From an uncultured Alphaproteobacteria bacterium (GTDB lineage: Bacteria > Pseudomonadota > Alphaproteobacteria > Geminicoccales > Geminicoccaceae): a stretch of 64,000 nucleotides of DNA. The notes beneath the pieces were generated by a model. That model did not search any database and had not been told where the DNA came from. It saw only the letters and a program-made list of their open reading frames with translations. The translations under genes and the position numbers were made by a program. This document shows positions 31,696 through 40,997 of this stretch, piece by piece (positions within the stretch are counted from its first letter, which is position 1; every line of letters begins with the position of its first letter). The DNA is taken from the NCBI GenBank assembly GCA_963798075.1, contig CAWCRU010000006.1:219167-283166 (forward strand), read 5' to 3'.

Positions 31696-32699
31696 GGCTG
31701 CGCCGCCGCCCGATCGCTCAGCGGGCGACCGCGATACTCGCCGGTCAGCGTGCGCAGGAAGCGGACGATGAGATCGATCTCCTGCGGAGCGAGCACCCTG
31801 CCGAGCTGGCTCCTTGCCATTTCCGCCACGGCCTCTTCGAGGGTCGCGGCGCTGCCGTCGTGGAAATAGGGCGCCGTGACGGCGACGTTGCGCAGGCTCG
31901 GCACCCGGAACACGAAGCGATCCTTCGGGTCGCCGGTGAGCGTGAAGCGGCCGAGATCGGCAGCGGTGACCTCGCGGTCCGCGAAGGGGTCATGAAAGAT
32001 GCCGAAGCGCTGGAACAGATTGCCGCCGACGTTCACGCCCTGATGACAGGCGATGCAGCCGTAGGATTCGAACAGCTCGTAGCCGCTCTCCTCCTGCGGG
32101 CTGATCGCGTCGCGTTCGCCGCGCAGCCAGCGGTCGAAGGGCGCCCCAGGCGTGATCAGGGAACGCTCGAAGGTGGCGAGGGCATCGAGGACCTGCGGTC
32201 GCGCCGGCGGTCCGCCGTAGGTCGCCTGAAAGGCCTCGTCGTAGGCGTGATCGACGCGCAGCCTGGCGATCAGCTCGTCCCAGCTCGCGGCCATGTGGCG
32301 CGGGTCGAGCAACACCGCCTCGGCCTGCGCCTCGAGGGTGCGGAAATTGCCGCGCCAGTTGAGCCGGAAGCTCAAGGCGGCATTGAAGACCGTCGGCACG
32401 TTGAAACCGAGCGGTTGGCCATAGGCGGCGAACGACCGCGACCGACCATCCTCGCCGCCCCGGTCGAGCCGGTGGCAGGAGGTGCAGGCGAGGCTGCCGT
32501 CACGCGACAGTCGGACGTCGCGAAACAGCCGCTCGCCGAGCCGCACCTTGGCCGGCTCGAGGTCGACCGCGGTCGGGACCGGCGCGATCGGCTCGTCGGC
32601 GGCAGCCGGAGCGGGCTCGTCGGCGGCGGCCGGTGGCACCGCGCCGGCAAGCGTCAGGACGCAGAGCAGGACGCCGAGCCGTTTCGCGAGGCCGGCCAT
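31692..32699 (-). CDS. di-haem cytochrome c peroxidase family protein (CCP/MauG)
   Basis: Signal peptide, two CxxCH motifs (CTSCH, CIACH) and PSLRNVAVTAPYFHDG. Its TGA overlaps the GTG start of the kinase. Confidence 0.85.
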   Translation of the reverse strand: MAGLAKRLGVLLCVLTLAGAVPPAAADEPAPAAADEPIAPVPTAVDLEPAKVRLGERLFRDVRLSRDGSLACTSCHRLDRGGEDGRSRSFAAYGQPLGFNVPTVFNAALSFRLNWRGNFRTLEAQAEAVLLDPRHMAASWDELIARLRVDHAYDEAFQATYGGPPARPQVLDALATFERSLITPGAPFDRWLRGERDAISPQEESGYELFESYGCIACHQGVNVGGNLFQRFGIFHDPFADREVTAADLGRFTLTGDPKDRFVFRVPSLRNVAVTAPYFHDGSAATLEEAVAEMARSQLGRVLAPQEIDLIVRFLRTLTGEYRGRPLSDRAAAQP

Positions 32700-32712
32700 C
32701 GCGCCCCGAGCC

Positions 32713-33432
32713 TCAGAAGGCCTCGACCGGCGCGGAAAAGACGTAGCCCGCACCCCGCTCCGTCCTGATCAGCGCGGGGGCGCTGGGATCGGCCTCGAGC
32801 TTGCGGCGCAGACGGAGGATCTGCACGTCGACGCTGCGATCGTAGACGTCGTCGTGGACCCGGGTGGCGGCGAGCAGTTGCTCGCGGGTCAGGACCCGCT
32901 GCGGCGCTCTGACGAAGGCGGTCAGCAGGCTGAACTCGCCGCTGGTGAGCGCGACCGGAGCTCCGGCCGGCGAGACCAGCCGCCGCAGGCGCAGGTTCAG
33001 CTCCCAGCCGGCGAAGCGGTACTTGGTCGTTTTGCTGTCGGCCGGGCGCGGCGCGCGGTCCACCTGCGCCCGCCGCAGGACCGCGCGCACCCGCGCCAGC
33101 AGCTCGCGCAGGTTGAAAGGCTTGGTCAGGTAGTCGTCGGCGCCGAGCTCGAGGCCAACGATGCGGTCGACCTCGTCGCGCCGGTGGCCCGTGATGATGA
33201 TGATCGGCAGGTTGGAGCGCATCCTCACGTCGCTGACCAGCCGCAGCCCGTCTTCGCCCGCGAGCTTCAGATCGAGGACCATGAGGTCGACGACGTTCTC
33301 GGCGATGACGCGGGCCATCTCTTCGCCGCTCGCGGCCGTGCTGACCCGAAAGCCGTGGCCGCTCAGATAGCCTGCAATGAGGTCGCGCATCGCGGGATCG
33401 TCATCGACCGCGAGGATGTGCCTGTCCGCCAT
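32713..33432 (-). CDS. OmpR-family response regulator
   Basis: Start at MADRHILAVDDDP (CAT 33430-33432). REC plus winged-helix (SGEFSLLTAFVRAPQRVLTREQLL...VDVQILRLRRKLE). The track ORF is over-extended to 34422. Confidence 0.9.
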   Translation of the reverse strand: MADRHILAVDDDPAMRDLIAGYLSGHGFRVSTAASGEEMARVIAENVVDLMVLDLKLAGEDGLRLVSDVRMRSNLPIIIITGHRRDEVDRIVGLELGADDYLTKPFNLRELLARVRAVLRRAQVDRAPRPADSKTTKYRFAGWELNLRLRRLVSPAGAPVALTSGEFSLLTAFVRAPQRVLTREQLLAATRVHDDVYDRSVDVQILRLRRKLEADPSAPALIRTERGAGYVFSAPVEAF

Positions 33433-33533
33433 CGGAGTTCTCTGAACGAAGCCTGATGCAGAGATCGAGGGTCCGCCCTGCTCCACCAGGCGGACGCGCG
33501 CGCCATCTAAGAGAAGCGCGCAACGCGCGGATT

Positions 33534-34241
33534 TCAAGGGGCGGGCGGTTCGACCCCGGCGTCCGATGACAGGAGCTCCCGGAGCACCGCCGCCGCGGCT
33601 TCGATGTCGTCGCGCAAGGCCGCGCGCGCCGCCTGGCCGTCGCCCCGCGCCAGCGCCGCGCGCATCTCCTGGTGGCATCGGTTGGCCGTGCGCCAGTTGC
33701 CGTGGGCGTGCAGGAGGTCGAAGTAGGGGCTGATCTGCAGCCAGAGCGACTCGATGATGGCGAGCAGCGTGTCCGAGCCCGCGGCCCGATAGACCGTGAA
33801 GTGGAAGTCCCGATTGGCCGGCACGAAGCGCTTGCGGTCCTTGGCGGTTGCCGCCTTTGCCATCTGCGCGATCAGCCGGTCGAGCCGCTCGATGTCGCCG
33901 GCGCCGACGTTGGGGGCCGCCCATTCGGCTGCCAGCCCCTCGACCTCGAGCCGCACCCGGCGCAAATCCCTCAGGCGCTGGAGGGTCAAGGGGGCGATGC
34001 CGACCGAACGGCCGGCGATCACGGTCAGCGCCTTCTCGGCGGTCAGCCGGTGCAGCGCCTCGCGCACCGGCATCGCGCTGACGCCGAAGGCGTCGGCCAG
34101 GCTCTGGATCGTCACGCTCTGGCCGGGCTCGATCTCGCCATCGAGAATCAGCTCCCTGATCTGCCGGTAGATCTGGTCGAGGACCGTCTCCTTGGCGACC
34201 GGCCGCACCGGCAGGCTGCGCTTTTGCATCAGGGTTGCCAT
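33534..34241 (-). CDS. GntR-family transcriptional regulator (FCD C-terminal domain)
   Basis: The N-terminal wHTH (SLADAFGVSAMPVREALHRL) and the helical C-terminal domain are typical of the FadR/FCD subfamily. Confidence 0.9.
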   Translation of the reverse strand: MATLMQKRSLPVRPVAKETVLDQIYRQIRELILDGEIEPGQSVTIQSLADAFGVSAMPVREALHRLTAEKALTVIAGRSVGIAPLTLQRLRDLRRVRLEVEGLAAEWAAPNVGAGDIERLDRLIAQMAKAATAKDRKRFVPANRDFHFTVYRAAGSDTLLAIIESLWLQISPYFDLLHAHGNWRTANRCHQEMRAALARGDGQAARAALRDDIEAAAAVLRELLSSDAGVEPPAP

Positions 34242-34318
34242 GGCCGGGTCGCTGCCAAAGAACTCCTCGCGGGCGGACGCGCGCCGACGGCAACGAGGTT
34301 GCCTGACTGGTCGATCTG

Positions 34319-34331
34319 TGATCTATGATCA
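34319..34331. promoter_or_regulatory. candidate operator palindrome TGATC-TAT-GATCA in the divergent GntR/ABC promoter region
   Basis: A perfect 5-bp inverted repeat in a locally AT-rich patch, flanked by GGTCG...CGACC and two TGGTC repeats. No experimental or comparative support is available to me. Confidence 0.3.
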
Positions 34332-34424
34332 AAACGACCGCATGGTCAATCGCCACGCCCGGAGCAACCGGGCGGCCGCCATTTCCGGGGCGGCGGCGAG
34401 CTCTGAGCAGGGAGGCCACCACAA

Positions 34425-35549
34425 ATGCGAATCCACAGCTGGCTGACGGCGTCGGTCGCTCTGGCGGTGCTTGCCGGTGCGGCGACCCAGGTCGATGCCC
34501 AGGACAAGAAGTACAAGATTTTTCTGTCGATGAGCTACATCGGCAACGACTGGCAGGCCGAAGCCGCCAACATGGTCAAGGCGATGGCGGCGCACGCCGA
34601 TTTCCAGGACAAGGTCGACCTCCAGATCCAGGTCGCCGGCCCCAACGCGCAACGCCAGATCCAGCAGATCAACTCGATGGTCCAGGCCGGTGCGGATGCG
34701 ATCGTGACCTTCCCGATTTCGCCGACCGCGCTCAACAACGTCGTCAAGAACGCCTGCAATCAGAAGGTGGTCGTGTTCGCCTACGACGCCGAGATCACCG
34801 AGCCCTGCGCCTACAACACCCACATCGACCAGGAGGAAGCCGGCCGGGTGACCGCCGAGTGGCTGGTCAAGAGGCTGGGCGGCAAGGGGGACATCGTGGT
34901 GATCACCGGCGTGCCGGGCACCTCGGTCGACACGCTGCGGACCAAGGCCGCCAAGGAGGTGTTCGCCAAGAACCCCGACATCAAGATCGTGGCCGAGGCG
35001 GTCGGCATGTGGAGCCAGGCGGTCGCCCGCACCGAGCTCTCGAAGATCCTGGCGACCCGCTCCTGGGACGACATCAGCGGGCTGTGGATGCAGGTCGGCT
35101 GCTATACCGCCAACGCCATGCAGCTCGAGTCCGGCAAGAAGCCCGAGCAGCTGCTGCCCTGCGCGGGCGAAGGGGCCAACGGTGGCCGGATCCAGATGCT
35201 GCCGCAGGGCACCGAGGTCGAGGGCGCGGACTGCCCCTACTGCCCGCTCGGCGCGCCGCGCATCTCCTACGCCTCGCCGCCCTATTCCGGTGGCCTCGCG
35301 CTCAAGCTCGCCGTCGACATCCTGGACGGCAAGAGCGTGCCCAAGACGACCATCCTGCCGCTGCCGATCGTGACCAACGACACGATCAAGCTCTGCGCGG
35401 AGGGCACCTGGGACGAGATGAAGGCCGGTTGCAACGCGTTCCAGCCGTCGATCGTGCCGAACCCGGGGTGGTTCGCCTCGATCTTCTCCGAGCAGACGCC
35501 GGAGATCGGCTTGCAAGGGGCCCTGGTCGGCCAGCCCGAGGTCAAGTGA
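34425..35549 (+). CDS. sugar-type (periplasmic-binding-protein family 1, RbsB-like) ABC substrate-binding protein
   Basis: Signal peptide, KIFLSMSYIGNDWQAE, ADAIVTFP and DIVVITGVPGTSVD motifs. GGAGG SD is present. Confidence 0.85.
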   Translation: MRIHSWLTASVALAVLAGAATQVDAQDKKYKIFLSMSYIGNDWQAEAANMVKAMAAHADFQDKVDLQIQVAGPNAQRQIQQINSMVQAGADAIVTFPISPTALNNVVKNACNQKVVVFAYDAEITEPCAYNTHIDQEEAGRVTAEWLVKRLGGKGDIVVITGVPGTSVDTLRTKAAKEVFAKNPDIKIVAEAVGMWSQAVARTELSKILATRSWDDISGLWMQVGCYTANAMQLESGKKPEQLLPCAGEGANGGRIQMLPQGTEVEGADCPYCPLGAPRISYASPPYSGGLALKLAVDILDGKSVPKTTILPLPIVTNDTIKLCAEGTWDEMKAGCNAFQPSIVPNPGWFASIFSEQTPEIGLQGALVGQPEVK

Positions 35550-35595
35550 TCCAGCCGGCCCCGGGGCGGCCGGTCGCAGGCGCCGGTCGCCCCCC

Positions 35596-37155
35596 TTGTA
35601 CGGATCCCTTCAGGTAGGACCCGCAGCGCTGGACGGAACTGCCGCCATCTCGGTCGAGGGCATTCGCAAGGCGTTCGGGGCAACGGTCGCCGCGGACGAC
35701 GTGTCATTCGCCGTCTTCGAGGGCCGGATCCATGCCTTGCTCGGCGAGAACGGCGCCGGCAAGTCGACGATCGTCAAGCTGCTCGCGGGTCTGATCCAGC
35801 CGGATGCCGGCGAGATCCGGATCTTCGGCCAGCCGGTGCGGCTCGCAAGCCCGCGCGCCTCGCACCGGCTCGGCATCCAGACCGCCTTTCAGGAGATGAC
35901 GCTGGTCGGGGATCTGACCGTCCTCGACAACATGCTCTTGCCCTACGCGCCGGTCAATCGCCTGGGCCTGATCCGGCGGCGGCGGGCGGAGGCGGGCGTC
36001 CGCGAGCACTTCGCAGCCCTCGAGCTCGACGTCGATCTGTACGACGAGGTGCGCGACCTCGACCTCGCCCTGCAGCAACGGATCGAGATCGCGCGCGCGG
36101 TCTTCCGCAAGCCGCGCATCCTCCTGCTCGACGAGCCGACCTCAAGCCTGTCGGGCCGCGACATCGACTGGCTGGGCGCGATCATGAGCGGGCTCAAGAG
36201 CGACGGCGTCACCATCGTCTTCATCTCGCACCGCCTGCCCGAGGTCCGCCGCTTCTGCGATCACCTGACCGTCCTGCGCAACGGCCGCGACATCGCGACC
36301 AAAAGCGTCGCCGAGGTTGACGACGACGAGGTGATCCGGATGATCATCGGCCGCTCGCTCGCGCAGACTTTCCCGCCGCGGCCGGCGGATGCAGGCCCGG
36401 GACCGGCCGTGCTGAGCGCGACGAACTTGGCCGCCGGCCGCCTCAAGGAGGCGAGCTTCACCTTGCATCAAGGCGAGATCCTGGGCGTCGCCGGGTTGCA
36501 GGGCATGGGCGAGCTCGAGCTGTTCCTTGCCTGCTTTGGCATGGTCGAGCTCGATCAGGGCCAGCTCGCGGTCGATGGCAAGCCCGTCAGCATCGTGACG
36601 CCGAAGGACGCCGTGCGGGCCGAGATCGGCATCAGCCTCGTGCCCGAGGACCGCAAGAGCGAGGCTTTGTTCCTCAAGCTCAGCGGCCGCCACAACGCGT
36701 CCTTGCCGGTCATCGAGCGCTTCACGCGCGCGGGCCTGGTCGACGGGCCGGCCGAAAGCCGGGCGGTCGCCCGCGTGTTCGATCTGGTCCAGGTCGATCA
36801 ACGCGCGCTCTGGACCCGCGTCGGCGCGTTCTCCGGCGGCAATCAGCAGAAGATCGCGATCGCCAAGTGGCTGCTGGCCGAGAGCCGGATCCTGTTGCTG
36901 TTCGATCCGACGCGCGGCATCGACGTCGGCACCAAGCACGAGTTCTACGTCCTGATGCGACGCTACGCGGCCGCCGGCGGCGCGATCCTCTTCTACTCGA
37001 CCGAGATCCCGGAGCTCGTGAACCTCGCCGACCGCGTGCTGATCATGTACGGCGGCCGCGCCGTTCAGGAGATCGAGGCGCAGGCCCTCAGTGAAGAGGC
37101 GATCATGCGCGCGACGCTGGGCGGCGGCGGCTCGGTCCTGGAGCACGCCTCATGA
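35596..37155 (+). CDS. sugar ABC transporter ATP-binding protein (two fused NBDs, RbsA-like)
   Basis: Two NBDs (GENGAGKST...LLDEPTSSL, and FSGGNQQK...LLFDPTRGIDVG). The start is uncertain (TTG 35596). Confidence 0.9.
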   Translation: MYGSLQVGPAALDGTAAISVEGIRKAFGATVAADDVSFAVFEGRIHALLGENGAGKSTIVKLLAGLIQPDAGEIRIFGQPVRLASPRASHRLGIQTAFQEMTLVGDLTVLDNMLLPYAPVNRLGLIRRRRAEAGVREHFAALELDVDLYDEVRDLDLALQQRIEIARAVFRKPRILLLDEPTSSLSGRDIDWLGAIMSGLKSDGVTIVFISHRLPEVRRFCDHLTVLRNGRDIATKSVAEVDDDEVIRMIIGRSLAQTFPPRPADAGPGPAVLSATNLAAGRLKEASFTLHQGEILGVAGLQGMGELELFLACFGMVELDQGQLAVDGKPVSIVTPKDAVRAEIGISLVPEDRKSEALFLKLSGRHNASLPVIERFTRAGLVDGPAESRAVARVFDLVQVDQRALWTRVGAFSGGNQQKIAIAKWLLAESRILLLFDPTRGIDVGTKHEFYVLMRRYAAAGGAILFYSTEIPELVNLADRVLIMYGGRAVQEIEAQALSEEAIMRATLGGGGSVLEHAS

Positions 37156-39224
37156 TGGCGGCCTCCGGGATCGCCCGCCCGGCGCAGGGGCCCGTACGGC
37201 GCCTGCGCCTCGGCCGCCATCGCGGCCTCCTGATCGCGATCCTCGTCTTCGCCCTCCTGTTCTTGATCGTCGACTGGATCAGCCCCGGGCCGGTCTCCTA
37301 TTTCGAGATCAGCTTCCTCTCGAGCGGCGGTGCGACGCTCGCGATCGCGGCCATGGGCGAGACGCTCGTGATCCTCTCCGGCGGCTTCGACCTCTCGGCC
37401 GGTGCGGTCATCTCGCTGGTCAACATCGTGCTCGCCTCGAACATGCAGGACGCCCCGGCCTCGATCCTTTGGTGGTGCGCGGCCGGCGTCGGCATCGGCG
37501 CCGCGACCGGCGCCTTCAACGGCTTCTTCGTCGCCTTTTTGCGCCTACAGCCGATCGTGGTCACGCTGTCGACGATGTTCATCGTGCAGGGGCTGACGCT
37601 CCTGGTGCTCGACAAGCCCGGCGGGCTCATCCCCGCCAGCCTTACGACCCTTTTGACCGGCGATGCGATCGAGGGCCTGCTGCCGATGCCGCTGGTGCTG
37701 CTCGCAGCCCTGCTGCTGCTCTGGCTGCTGGTCAAGAACTCGCGTCTCGGCGTTGCCATCTACGCGGTCGGCGGCGATCCCGAGGCCGCCGCCGGCGCCG
37801 GTGTCCGCCAGGCCCTCGTGCTGTTCGCCGTCTACGTCATGGCAGGCGCCTTCTATGGGCTGGCCGGCGTGTTCGTCAGCGCCCAGACCGGCAGCGGCGA
37901 CCCCCTGATCGGCAATCCCATGCTGCTCCAGATCTTCGCCGCCGTCGTGGTCGGCGGGACGCGCCTCGGCGGCGGCCGCGGCGGCCTCGCGGGCTCGGTG
38001 TTCGGCGCCTACATCTTGATGATCGTCGTCAATATCCTGCTCGTCCTCAACGTCTCGGCCTATTACAGCACGGTCGCCGAGGGCACGATCTTGATCCTGG
38101 CGGTGCTCGCCGCCTCGCTGAGCCGTGATTCCAACCTGGTCCACTACCTGCGCGAAGGCTGGACGCGGCTCAAGGCGTGGCGCGCCGGGACCCTTCCCGG
38201 CCAGCGCTCCCTCGCGGCACGCCATCTGCGCCTCGAGGGCGGCGTGCCCGCGGCGGCCGGCGAGCAGGCCGCAGCACCACCCTTTTGGATCCGCCACCGC
38301 GAGGCGCTGGCCTACGCGCTGCCGGCCTACGTCTGCTTTCTCGCGGTCGTCCTGATCACGCAGCTGGTCGCCGGTCACGCCGTCTTCAGCGGCAAGTACT
38401 ACAATGCCATCATCGTGCTCGCCTCCTTCATGGCGATCCTGGCGCTGGGGCAGGGCACGGTGATCCTGACCGGCGGGCTCGATCTGTCGCTGCCCTGGAC
38501 GATCGGCCTTTGCGGCATCCTTCTGACCGGCATGGTCAAGGGCTCGGATGGGGCGCTGCTCTACGCGCTGCCGCTGGTGCTCGCGACCGGCGCGCTGATC
38601 GGGCTCGTCAACGGCATCGGCGTCGTCTTCCTCGGCCTCTCCCCGATCGTCATGACGCTCGCGGCCAACGGCATCCTGCAGGGCCTGGCGCTGGTCTACA
38701 GCGGCGGCACGCCCGCGGGCTTCGCCTCGCCGGGGCTGCGCTGGTTCATGACCGGCGGCCTGCTCGGCGTGACCCCGGTCGTCTGGATGATGGTGCTGTT
38801 CGTGCCGGCGGCCGTCCTCCTGCTCCAGCGCACCCCCTTCGGCCGCCGCGTCTACGGCATCGGCAACGGCCTGCGGGCGGCCCGCCTCTCGGGCATCGAG
38901 GTCGGCAAGACGCTGCTCGCGGTCTACGCGCTCTCGGGCTTCTGCGCCGCTCTGGTCGGCGTCCTGCTGGCGGGCTTCTCCGGCCAGGCGAGCCTCGGCA
39001 TGGGCGACGAGTATCTGCTGCCCTCGATCGCGGTCGTGGTCGTGGGCGGCGCGCTGATCACGGGCGGGCGGGGCCACTATCTCGGCATTCTCGGCGGCGT
39101 GCTCTTGCTGACCGCCTTGCAGACCCTGCTCGCGGGCACGACGCTGCCCTATGCGACCCGCGCGATCCTGTTCGGCCTGGTCGTGCTCGGGGCCGTGATC
39201 GCGCTCCGCGAGCGGACCAACTGA
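37152..39224 (+). CDS. sugar ABC permease, two RbsC-like permease domains fused in one 690-aa polypeptide
   Basis: The two halves each carry the GGFDLS / GGLDLS motif and multiple TM helices, joined by a linker of about 60 aa (RDSNLVHYLREGW...FWIRHREAL). The ATGA overlaps the ATPase stop. Confidence 0.8.
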   Translation: MMAASGIARPAQGPVRRLRLGRHRGLLIAILVFALLFLIVDWISPGPVSYFEISFLSSGGATLAIAAMGETLVILSGGFDLSAGAVISLVNIVLASNMQDAPASILWWCAAGVGIGAATGAFNGFFVAFLRLQPIVVTLSTMFIVQGLTLLVLDKPGGLIPASLTTLLTGDAIEGLLPMPLVLLAALLLLWLLVKNSRLGVAIYAVGGDPEAAAGAGVRQALVLFAVYVMAGAFYGLAGVFVSAQTGSGDPLIGNPMLLQIFAAVVVGGTRLGGGRGGLAGSVFGAYILMIVVNILLVLNVSAYYSTVAEGTILILAVLAASLSRDSNLVHYLREGWTRLKAWRAGTLPGQRSLAARHLRLEGGVPAAAGEQAAAPPFWIRHREALAYALPAYVCFLAVVLITQLVAGHAVFSGKYYNAIIVLASFMAILALGQGTVILTGGLDLSLPWTIGLCGILLTGMVKGSDGALLYALPLVLATGALIGLVNGIGVVFLGLSPIVMTLAANGILQGLALVYSGGTPAGFASPGLRWFMTGGLLGVTPVVWMMVLFVPAAVLLLQRTPFGRRVYGIGNGLRAARLSGIEVGKTLLAVYALSGFCAALVGVLLAGFSGQASLGMGDEYLLPSIAVVVVGGALITGGRGHYLGILGGVLLLTALQTLLAGTTLPYATRAILFGLVVLGAVIALRERTN

Positions 39225-39244
39225 GGCGCGGAGGAGACCCAGAG

Positions 39245-40039
39245 ATGACAGCGAGCGAGCCGCTCATCGCCGGCATCAAGCCGGGCCTTCGGGTGTTCGT
39301 CAGCGCCGGCGCCGCCGGCATCGGCCGCGTGATCGCGGACACCTTCATCGCGCACGGCGCGCGGGTCATGGTCTGCGACGTCGATGACGGTGCGCTCGAC
39401 GATTACCGCAAGACGCATCCGGCCCACCCGACGACGCGCGCCGACGTCGGCGTGCAGGCCGAGGTCGATGCCGCCTTCGAGGCCTTGCGCCGGGAGTTGG
39501 GCGGGCTCGACCTGCTGGTCAACAATGCCGGCATCGCGGGGCCGACCGCAGCCGTCGAGCAGATCGACCCGGACGCCTGGCGGCGCACCGTCGACATCAA
39601 TCTCTCGGGTCAGTTCTACTGCCAGCGCCGGGCCGTGCCGCTGCTGAAGCAGGCCGAGGAGGGTGCGATCATCAACATCGCCTCGGTCGCCGGCCGGCTC
39701 GGCTACGCCTATCGCCTGCCCTACGCCGCCACCAAATGGGCGATCGTCGGCATGACGGAGAGCCTGTCGCTCGAGCTAGGGCCCTCCGGCATCCGGGTCA
39801 ACGCGATTTTGCCGGGCATCGTCGAGGGCCCGCGCATGGACCGCGTGATCGAGGCGCGCGCGGCCGAGGTCGGCATCGCCTTCGACGCCATGAAGGAGCG
39901 CTATCTCGAGAAGACGGCACTCGGCCGCATGGTCACGCCGCAGGACGTCGCCAACATGGCGCTGTTCCTCTGCTCGCCGCTTGGCCGCAACATCTCGGGC
40001 CAGGCACTCAGCGTCTGCGGCCACGTGATCGCGCTCTAG
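39245..40039 (+). CDS. SDR-family oxidoreductase
   Basis: GAAGIGRV cofactor motif, NNAG, and the catalytic YAATKWA. Confidence 0.9.
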   Translation: MTASEPLIAGIKPGLRVFVSAGAAGIGRVIADTFIAHGARVMVCDVDDGALDDYRKTHPAHPTTRADVGVQAEVDAAFEALRRELGGLDLLVNNAGIAGPTAAVEQIDPDAWRRTVDINLSGQFYCQRRAVPLLKQAEEGAIINIASVAGRLGYAYRLPYAATKWAIVGMTESLSLELGPSGIRVNAILPGIVEGPRMDRVIEARAAEVGIAFDAMKERYLEKTALGRMVTPQDVANMALFLCSPLGRNISGQALSVCGHVIAL

Positions 40040-40060
40040 GAAGGCAGTCGGGAGAAGAGC

Positions 40061-40993
40061 ATGGCCAAGGCCCAAAAGGCGATCATCACCTGCGCCGTCA
40101 CCGGCGCGATCCACACCCCCTCGATGTCGCCGCACCTGCCGGTCACGGCCGAAGAGATCGCCGACGCCGCGGTCGGCGCCGCCGAGGCTGGGGCTGCGAT
40201 CGTCCATGTCCATGCCCGCAACCCGGACGACGGGCGGCCCGACCAGCGTCCCGAGGCCTTCGCGCCGATCCTGCGCTCGGTCAAGCAGCGCTCGGAGTGC
40301 GTCCTCAACATCACGACCGGGGGTGCGCCCTGGATGCGGGTCGAGGAGCGCGTGCTGCCGGCCGCGACCTTCAAGCCCGAGCTTGCCTCGCTCAACATGG
40401 GCTCGATGAACTTCGGCCTGTTCCCGATGCTGAACCGCTTCCAGGAGTTCAAGCACGACTGGGAGCGCCAGCACCTCGAGAACAGCCGCGATCTGATCTT
40501 CCGCAACACCTACCAGGACATCGAATACGTGCTCGGCACCTGTGCTGAGAACGGCACCCGCTTCGAGTTCGAGTGCTACGACATCGGCCACCTCTATAAT
40601 CTCGCCTACTTCCTCGAGCGCGGGCTGGTGCAGCCGCCCCTGTTCGTGCAGAGCGTGTTCGGCATCCTGGGCGGCATCGGTCCGCATCCCGACGACGTCC
40701 AGCACATGAAGCGGACCGCCGACCGGCTGTTCGGCGACGCCTACCGCTGGTCGGTGCTCGGCGCCGGCCGCAACCAGATGCCGATCGCCGCGATCGCGGC
40801 CGCGATGGGCGGCAACGTCCGGGTCGGGCTCGAGGACAGCCTGTGGCTCGGGCCCGGCCGGCTCGCCGAGAGCAGTGCGGCCCAGGTCCGCCAGGTCCGC
40901 CAGATCCTCGAAGGCCTCGGGATCGAGATCGCGTCTGCGGCCGACGCCCGCGCGATCCTGGCGCTCAAGGGCGGCGACCGCGTGGACTTCTGA
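40061..40993 (+). CDS. BKACE (3-keto-5-aminohexanoate cleavage enzyme, DUF849) family protein
   Basis: IITCAVTGA, IVHVHARN and NVRVGLEDSLW are characteristic of the family. Confidence 0.85.
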   Translation: MAKAQKAIITCAVTGAIHTPSMSPHLPVTAEEIADAAVGAAEAGAAIVHVHARNPDDGRPDQRPEAFAPILRSVKQRSECVLNITTGGAPWMRVEERVLPAATFKPELASLNMGSMNFGLFPMLNRFQEFKHDWERQHLENSRDLIFRNTYQDIEYVLGTCAENGTRFEFECYDIGHLYNLAYFLERGLVQPPLFVQSVFGILGGIGPHPDDVQHMKRTADRLFGDAYRWSVLGAGRNQMPIAAIAAAMGGNVRVGLEDSLWLGPGRLAESSAAQVRQVRQILEGLGIEIASAADARAILALKGGDRVDF

Positions 40994-40997
40994 GAAG

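Noticed and set aside
33433-34422. N-terminal 330 aa of track ORF 32713-34422 (569 aa)
   Set aside because: Only the last 239 aa (from MADRHIL) form an OmpR regulator. The upstream part overlaps the GntR gene in another frame and is Arg/Gly/Pro-rich noise.
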